Source: an uncultured Gammaproteobacteria bacterium | GTDB lineage: Bacteria > Patescibacteriota > Patescibacteriia > Patescibacteriales > UBA12465 | NCBI GenBank assembly: GCA_964645545.1 | Contig: CAZXZR010000002.1 | Span: 1 to 51,864 of the forward strand | DNA length: 51,864 nt | Direction: 5' to 3' | Shown here: piece after piece, positions 46,263 through 51,864 of the stretch | Layout of the letters: each line of letters begins with the position of its first letter | How positions within the stretch are numbered: the first letter of the stretch is position 1 | Position numbers and translations under genes: made by a program | Notes under the pieces: model-generated | Database searches by the model: none | The model's input: the letters and a program-made list of their open reading frames with translations, nothing else | Told to the model about the DNA's origin: nothing

Positions 46263-48263
46263 ATGCTGACCCATCTCTTTATTTTGGGGAGCGCCTTGGT
46301 CGCCGTCATTTACGGCGCCATTGTCATCGTTTCCATTTTGCGCTTGCCGGCCGGCAATGAGAAAATGGCCGCCATTAGCAAAGCCATACAAGCCGGCGCT
46401 AAGGCCTTCTTGAACCGCCAGTACAAGACCGTGGCGGTGGTGGCCCTGGTTTTGTTCGTCATTATCGGCTTAGTGCCGACCTTGGGCTGGCTGACCGCGG
46501 CCGCCTTCCTGTTCGGCGCAATTTTTTCCGCATTGACCGGCTATATCGGCATGTTCGTCAGCGTGCGCGCCAACGTGCGCACGACAGAAGCTGCCCGCCA
46601 GGGCTTGGGCAAGGCTTTGGGCGTAGCTGTTAGGGGCGGCAGCGTCACCGGCATGCTGGTTATCGGCTTGGCTCTCTTGGGCACGGCCGGTTTCTATTTC
46701 CTGACCCATGACTTGCACGCTTTAATAGGTTTCGGTTTCGGCGGATCACTTATTTCCATATTCGCCCGTTTGGGCGGCGGCATATATACCAAGGCCGCCG
46801 ACGTGGGCGCGGACCTGGTCGGCAAGGTTGAGTCCAATATTCCGGAAGACGACCCGCGCAATCCGGCCGTCATCGCCGATAACGTCGGCGATAATGTCGG
46901 CGATTGCTCCGGCATGGCCGCTGACCTGTTTGAAACTTACGCCGTGACTTCCATCGCGGCCATGGTCTTGGGTTCGCTGACTTTTTCTGCTGATCCGAAA
47001 ATCATAATCTACCCGCTTGTCTTGGGAGCCATTTCCATTATCGCTTCCATCATCGGCATTTTCTTCATCCGTTTGGGCAAAAAGAAAATGATCATGCGGG
47101 CTTTGTATAAAGGCTTGATAGCGGCCGGCGTTTTATCCGCCATTGCTTTTTATTTCGTTACCAGGAATTTAATCGCCGATCCGGCCGTGAGTTTGAAAAT
47201 ATTTTTGGCGAGCCTGATCGGCTTGGCCGTGACCGGCCTTCTGGTCGTGATTACCGAATACTATACTTCCACCAAATACGGGCCGGTAAAATCCATTGCC
47301 GAAGCGTCCAAGACCGGGCATGGCACGAATGTCATCGCCGGCTTGGCGGTTTCCATGAAATCGACCGCCTTGCCGATTATCGTGATTGTGCTGGCGATTT
47401 TAGGCGCATATGCCTTAGCCGGCCTGTATGGCATCGCCGTGGCCGCCATGGCCATGTTGTCTATGGCCGGCATCATCGTGACCATAGATGCTTACGGCCC
47501 GATTACCGATAATGCCGGCGGCATCGCGGAAATGGCCGAATTGGGAGAAGACGTGCGCAACGTTACCGATCCCTTGGACGCGGTCGGCAACACGACCAAG
47601 GCTGTGACCAAAGGCTATGCCATCGGTTCGGCCGCCCTGGCCGCCTTGGTCCTGTTCGCTGATTTCACTTTTAAGATTTCTGCTGGCGGCGGCACGGTGC
47701 AGTTCTTGATCAATAACCCTTACGTATTAAGCGGTCTGTTCATCGGCGGGCTATTGCCTTTCTATTTCGGCGCCCTGGCCATGAAAGCGGTCGGCCGCGC
47801 GGCCGGCTCGGTCGTGGAAGACGTGCGCGCGCAGTTCAAGGAAAAGGCCGGCATCATGAGCGGCGCGGAAAAACCGGATTATGGGCGCACCGTGGACATC
47901 GTCACCAAGGCGGCTTTGAAAGAAATGGTCGTGCCGGCCCTGATTCCGGTAGTCGTGCCCATCGTCGTCGGTTTCGCCTTCATGAGCCACGGCCTGGAAG
48001 CCCTCGGCGGCTTATTGGTCGGCTCCATCATTACCGGCATTTTCGTGGCCGTGTCCATGACGTCGGGCGGCGGCGCTTGGGACAATGCCAAGAAATATAT
48101 TGAAGCCGGCAACTTCGGCGGCAAGGGTTCGGACGCCCATAAGGCGGCAGTGACCGGCGACACGGTCGGCGATCCCTATAAGGATACGGCCGGCCCGGCG
48201 ATAAACCCGATGATCAAGGTCTTGAATATCGTGGCCTTATTGATCGTGGGATTGTTGCTGTAA
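46263..48263 (+). CDS. hppA: Membrane-integral H+-translocating pyrophosphatase, K+-independent type
   Basis: 666 aa, with [27 protein letters not shown] carries Lys at the position known to distinguish K+-independent from K+-dependent (Ala) enzymes. Confidence 0.95.
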   Translation: MLTHLFILGSALVAVIYGAIVIVSILRLPAGNEKMAAISKAIQAGAKAFLNRQYKTVAVVALVLFVIIGLVPTLGWLTAAAFLFGAIFSALTGYIGMFVSVRANVRTTEAARQGLGKALGVAVRGGSVTGMLVIGLALLGTAGFYFLTHDLHALIGFGFGGSLISIFARLGGGIYTKAADVGADLVGKVESNIPEDDPRNPAVIADNVGDNVGDCSGMAADLFETYAVTSIAAMVLGSLTFSADPKIIIYPLVLGAISIIASIIGIFFIRLGKKKMIMRALYKGLIAAGVLSAIAFYFVTRNLIADPAVSLKIFLASLIGLAVTGLLVVITEYYTSTKYGPVKSIAEASKTGHGTNVIAGLAVSMKSTALPIIVIVLAILGAYALAGLYGIAVAAMAMLSMAGIIVTIDAYGPITDNAGGIAEMAELGEDVRNVTDPLDAVGNTTKAVTKGYAIGSAALAALVLFADFTFKISAGGGTVQFLINNPYVLSGLFIGGLLPFYFGALAMKAVGRAAGSVVEDVRAQFKEKAGIMSGAEKPDYGRTVDIVTKAALKEMVVPALIPVVVPIVVGFAFMSHGLEALGGLLVGSIITGIFVAVSMTSGGGAWDNAKKYIEAGNFGGKGSDAHKAAVTGDTVGDPYKDTAGPAINPMIKVLNIVALLIVGLLL

Positions 48264-48279
48264 AAATTAATGATAATTA

Positions 48280-48308
48280 AAAGCGCCCAGGTTAAATGGG
48301 CGCTTTTG
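48280..48308 (+). terminator. Intrinsic terminator of hppA
   Basis: 8-bp stem AGCGCCCA/TGGGCGCT (48282-48304) with a 7-nt loop, followed by a T-run. Confidence 0.6.
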
Positions 48309-48313
48309 TATTG

Positions 48314-48340
48314 AAAAACCCCGGATCCTTGGTCCGGGGC
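48314..48340 (-). terminator. Intrinsic terminator of the minus-strand orphan operon
   Basis: 7-bp stem CCCCGGA/TCCGGGG (48319-48339). On the minus strand it is followed by TTTTT. Confidence 0.55.
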
Positions 48341-48359
48341 TTATTATGGTTATAAATTA

Positions 48360-50495
48360 CTATAGATTACCCTTAATCGTAACCTGCGCGCCCATCGTTT
48401 CCAGCCAGGTTTTCCAGAAATTGCTGGCGGCGCGGAAAGTCGCGTCGTCCTCAATATTTCTGGGGGCGTAAATGATATAAATCTGATAACCGCTTAATTT
48501 AGGCAGAGGCGCTTTTTTCAAGAAAGCCTCTTTAATTTTTTCCTGCTGTCTTTGATTATTCAAGTCCAGCCGGTAAAAACTAATATCAGAATTTTCTATC
48601 ATATCGGAAACGATGATGATGATTTTTATCGCCTCCGGATCGGCGTTCATGGTCTTGGCCGCTTCGGCAATGGGCAAATAGATGCTGGTTTTTTCCTCTC
48701 CTTGCGACGAGGTAAAAAACATTTTCCATTGTTCGGCCAGTTCCGTGGTGAACCGCGTCAGCTCCCTTTTTCTTAGGACAGCAGTTTCGTCTCGCAGCCT
48801 GGGCTTGAGCGAGATTTTCCTGGTTTTGTTTAGGGAAAAAGCGTTTATTTCATAGAAGGATATGCGGCCATAACCGCCCTTCATGAGTTCCAGGATGCCA
48901 TTTGGGTCAACCAAACTTTGCAATTTTTGGTTTTGCTCCGTTTGGTCGACCATGATTGCAATGTCATATTTCGGCTGGTCCGGAGTGCCGCAACGCGAAA
49001 GAAATAATGACGAGGCCAATAAAATCGACAAGATAAGCGATTTTACTGGCAAGCCCGCATCAATTTTTTTGTCTGTCCGGTTTTCCTCGGCGCCTAAATA
49101 AGGCTTAAACAATTCAGGAATGTCCAAGCTTGGTTCAGGGCCGAGCTCTTCGACGGGGAAGTATTCCATGAGTATTTGGCGCTGATAGACTAAATCCGCG
49201 CGGAATCTTTTCATCATGAAATCCAGGTAAATTTTTAAGTAATTTTCACTTTTCTTAAAAATTCTTTCCGCTTCTTCATAATCATTCCTCTTCTCTTCAA
49301 ATTTCTTGGCTTCGCTCGTATAATCCAGAGCTTTTATTTCCTGGTTAAGCTTATGGAGCTTGGTGGCGTTATCTTGCGCGATAGTGTCAAGATAAGTTTG
49401 GTTCACGCCATCCAGTTCATTTTCTTTAGAACGGATTTTGGCGTTCAAGTTGGTCACGATTTTGTAGAGATCTTCATAAGCTTTTCTTTTCTCCGTCGGG
49501 ATTTTGCTGGTCATTATCAGGGACCAGCCGAAACCGGCAATGAAAATGAAGAAGTTCAAAACCGCCATCATGGTTGGGCTGATGTTGGCCGTTCCCACCT
49601 CGGAAATGTAAAGGGAACGGAAATAGCCGGCGATGAAACTGACGCCGACCATAAGCAGGCAGATTACCGGCGCGACCAGCCAGTATGGCTTTTTCGGTTC
49701 GGATTTTTTTATGGAAGCGGCGCTGACATGCGCCAGCATCATAATGACAATGCCGAACATCAAAGCCATGACATAAGTAGCGGTTTTGCCTTCGCCGAAA
49801 AGTTGGAATACCGGATAGTTAACCGGCATTTCCGCGAGCGCCACCGCCGCCAAACCGATCGCATAAATGATTTTTCTCATGGCTGACGGCCGGTGCGGCA
49901 CGGTAACTTTCCACAAAGTATATGAGAGATTGGATAACTCATTATACTTGGTTTGGCGTTCGGCCTTCAACTCGCCCAACTCCGCGGCCAAGATTTTAAC
50001 AGTTTGGTCATGAAGTTCGGCATTGGCCCTTTTTTGCTCCTGATAGAATTGTTCCGTTTCCGGCCGGCCTAAAGGCGTCGTGTGCGATTCCAGGGCGGCT
50101 TTAGACTGGTTGAAATCATTATCTATTTCCGCCTTGTCCGGAGCGATGTCTTCGGCTGCCGCGTTAAGCATCTTGTCGTAGGCTTTGACCAAACCGGCTT
50201 CATCAGCCAGCTCTTGCTGGTATTTGGCTTCAATTCCAGCCAATACTTGGCTGCGTCTTTGTTGCTCTTGGCTATCGGTAGCAAACAGGGCTTTTTCATG
50301 CAAAGCATAATCACGGTAATCCGGATGTAAACTGATTTTCATGGTCCGGATTTTTTTAAGATCAGTCGAGATTTCTTCCAAGTGCGGATCAATCTCAATT
50401 TTTTTCTGGCTAAGGATGGTGCCGATATTCAAGCGCCCGTCAATTTTAGCCAGTAATTGATTTTTTTCTTCCATGGCATTAATTTTTGTGTCCAT
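48360..50495 (-). CDS. Unknown 711-aa membrane protein: coiled-coil, 4 TM, coiled-coil, internal signal/lipobox-like TM, vWA-like alpha/beta domain
   Basis: Long uninterrupted ORF with no family motif I recognise. Segment boundaries were read from the sequence: charged helical region 1-205; TM segments at about 209-230, 239-260, 271-292 and 308-328; charged helical region 335-465; KKIDAGLPVKSLILSILLASSLFLSRCG at 476-503; alpha/beta domain 510-711. Confidence 0.7.
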   Translation of the reverse strand: MDTKINAMEEKNQLLAKIDGRLNIGTILSQKKIEIDPHLEEISTDLKKIRTMKISLHPDYRDYALHEKALFATDSQEQQRRSQVLAGIEAKYQQELADEAGLVKAYDKMLNAAAEDIAPDKAEIDNDFNQSKAALESHTTPLGRPETEQFYQEQKRANAELHDQTVKILAAELGELKAERQTKYNELSNLSYTLWKVTVPHRPSAMRKIIYAIGLAAVALAEMPVNYPVFQLFGEGKTATYVMALMFGIVIMMLAHVSAASIKKSEPKKPYWLVAPVICLLMVGVSFIAGYFRSLYISEVGTANISPTMMAVLNFFIFIAGFGWSLIMTSKIPTEKRKAYEDLYKIVTNLNAKIRSKENELDGVNQTYLDTIAQDNATKLHKLNQEIKALDYTSEAKKFEEKRNDYEEAERIFKKSENYLKIYLDFMMKRFRADLVYQRQILMEYFPVEELGPEPSLDIPELFKPYLGAEENRTDKKIDAGLPVKSLILSILLASSLFLSRCGTPDQPKYDIAIMVDQTEQNQKLQSLVDPNGILELMKGGYGRISFYEINAFSLNKTRKISLKPRLRDETAVLRKRELTRFTTELAEQWKMFFTSSQGEEKTSIYLPIAEAAKTMNADPEAIKIIIIVSDMIENSDISFYRLDLNNQRQQEKIKEAFLKKAPLPKLSGYQIYIIYAPRNIEDDATFRAASNFWKTWLETMGAQVTIKGNL

Positions 50496-50552
50496 GTCCG
50501 TTCGTTTTTAAGGACGGGGGCGGGTTAATACTGATTTTACTTACGTTTTTTG

Positions 50553-51737
50553 TCACATTGACTTAATGTTAAGCGACAAGAAGACGATAAATAAAGTATG
50601 GATTAACCCATTAACGCTCTTGTCGCTTTTGCCGAGAACGAATGACGGCTTCATGCTTATGCCCGTGATTTCGCTGGCCCAGAAAGAATCCCGGCGGTTC
50701 AGAATGTTGTTTTCCAGCGATGCCGCCAGACTTACGATCTTTTTGATGTCAGTTGAATCGCGCAAGCTATCTTTCAAGCCCAAGAATGCGCCCTTGATAC
50801 TTTTTAGTCGCCCGCCGTCCTTAATTTGATCAATCTCATTCTGGAAAGAATTATGCCAACCGAGCATCAGGTTATGCCGATCAAGCACTGTTTCGCAGTT
50901 AAAATGGTTCCAAACCAAATTAAAACTGCGCCTAATCCCCTCGGGAATTAGGGGGATGAGAGTAATAGCCGTGACATGGTCTATGCCGAGAAGGCCGGCA
51001 CGCTTGTTTTGCGTGCAGAAAGCGACCAGCGGATTGGGCAGGTCAAGCTTTTCTGAAATGGCCTCCGCTTGCATTAATATGCCCTTGGCGCTGGTCTTAT
51101 TGGCCAGGCCGGACAGAAGGCGTTCAACATCAATGGCCAAACCAGGTTGATCTCTCTGTATCACTTTTAAATTGGCTTCGGCAAATGTTCTCCAGGCATC
51201 CATGCCCAGGTGACGCTGATACATTTCCAGCGGGTTAAGGCCCTTCCATTTGATTGTGTCCAGAGGGCTGAAATCAAAGAAAGAATTTTCGATTTTTTCT
51301 TTGATAACACCATCAATCAGCTGAGGAATGGTCATTACAGAATCTAACTCCCCTTTAGGGCAGTTGAAGATTCTTAGCATTTTGTCATGGGAAACACCAC
51401 CTTCCAACGCAAACCTTTCAACTCTATCTTGGCCGACGTAGCCGAAGATAAATGATGAGTGGCGGCTGAAGTTAGTGAATACGCTGTAGCTTATTTCCAC
51501 GCTAGCCGCGTTTTCCGGCTGCTGGCAATAGAATTTGAAATTGCACCTCAAATGCTCCGGCTTAATTTCAATTTCCAATGCCTTTTGCGTGTACGGCAAT
51601 CTGATGAAATATTTTTTGCCGTTCAGGGTGAGAGCGAATTCCTTCTGATCAAGGACTCGCTGGACCTCCCTTTCCAAGGTCTCTTGGGTCAGATCGGTCT
51701 GAAAGATCCGATGCAACCCGCTAAATAGTTTTTCCAT
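50553..51737 (-). CDS. Unknown 394-aa protein, first gene of the orphan operon
   Basis: Uninterrupted ORF. GGAGG lies 9 nt upstream of the ATG at 51737. No recognisable motif. Short hydrophobic C-terminal tail GLIHTLFIVFLSLNI. Confidence 0.7.
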   Translation of the reverse strand: MEKLFSGLHRIFQTDLTQETLEREVQRVLDQKEFALTLNGKKYFIRLPYTQKALEIEIKPEHLRCNFKFYCQQPENAASVEISYSVFTNFSRHSSFIFGYVGQDRVERFALEGGVSHDKMLRIFNCPKGELDSVMTIPQLIDGVIKEKIENSFFDFSPLDTIKWKGLNPLEMYQRHLGMDAWRTFAEANLKVIQRDQPGLAIDVERLLSGLANKTSAKGILMQAEAISEKLDLPNPLVAFCTQNKRAGLLGIDHVTAITLIPLIPEGIRRSFNLVWNHFNCETVLDRHNLMLGWHNSFQNEIDQIKDGGRLKSIKGAFLGLKDSLRDSTDIKKIVSLAASLENNILNRRDSFWASEITGISMKPSFVLGKSDKSVNGLIHTLFIVFLSLNIKSM

Positions 51738-51818
51738 GGTCTAAGACCTCCATTTTTGCGCTCCTGTCCAATTTTTTTGCGGACGCGAGCAGGTTAAACA
51801 ATAAATTTTTAAAGTTCC

Positions 51819-51845
51819 CGTTATATTTATTGATTAAATATAACG
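51819..51845. promoter_or_regulatory. Perfect 11-bp inverted repeat (operator-like) upstream of the orphan operon
   Basis: CGTTATATTTA (51819-51829), spacer ttgat, TAAATATAACG (51835-51845). Lies 82-108 nt upstream of the ATG at 51737. Confidence 0.4.
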
Positions 51846-51864
51846 ATAAATTTTAGCATAATAT

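Noticed and set aside
1-51864. CRISPR arrays, rRNA genes, large tandem repeats
   Set aside because: No regularly spaced direct repeats, no rRNA-like conserved blocks, and no long tandem arrays were seen on either strand. The only internal repeat of note is the duplicated zinc-ribbon module in topA.

Overview
About 52 kb of a compact bacterial chromosome. Gene content and style suggest a Patescibacteria/CPR-like organism; this is an inference that I cannot verify here. The window spans the replication-origin neighbourhood, with rpmH-rnpA-yidD-yidC divergent from dnaA-dnaN.

Most of it is recognisable housekeeping:
- Replication and DNA: dprA (3' part), topA, recQ.
- Translation and RNA: pheS-pheT, valS, four tRNAs (Ile-UAU, Val-GAC, Arg-UCU, His-GUG), a TrmH-family methyltransferase, an Elp3-like radical-SAM/GNAT enzyme, an RluA-family pseudouridine synthase, nusA.
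- Envelope: a VanW-domain protein, a class A PBP, glmS, a phosphohexomutase, a MOP-type flippase, a small T4SS-pilin-like protein.
- Metabolism and stress: hsp20, glyA-folD, trxA, a glutamate dehydrogenase, a K+-independent-type H+-pyrophosphatase.

No CRISPR array or rRNA was seen.

Non-routine content:
1. The right edge (48.3-51.9 kb) holds a self-contained minus-strand two-gene operon that I cannot assign to any family. It encodes a 394-aa protein followed by a 711-aa protein with coiled-coil, 4 TM, coiled-coil, an internal lipoprotein-like TM segment and a vWA-like domain. A perfect 11-bp inverted repeat lies upstream. This is my best candidate for an undescribed system, and it may continue beyond the window.
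2. A second, divergent valS that lacks the C-terminal coiled-coil sits next to a serine-recombinase remnant directly abutting tRNA-Val. This looks like a decayed integrated element.
3. A structured ~370-nt non-coding region with a strong terminator lies upstream of glyA-folD.
4. A decayed IS (rve) remnant and an orphan secreted protein are inserted between gdh and a thioredoxin-fold gene.
5. Smaller oddities include a catalytically degenerate DHH protein, a tRNA-Ile(UAU), a split membrane ORF at a T-run, and the Elp3 homologue.

All protein calls rest on motif recognition by eye, not on database searches.
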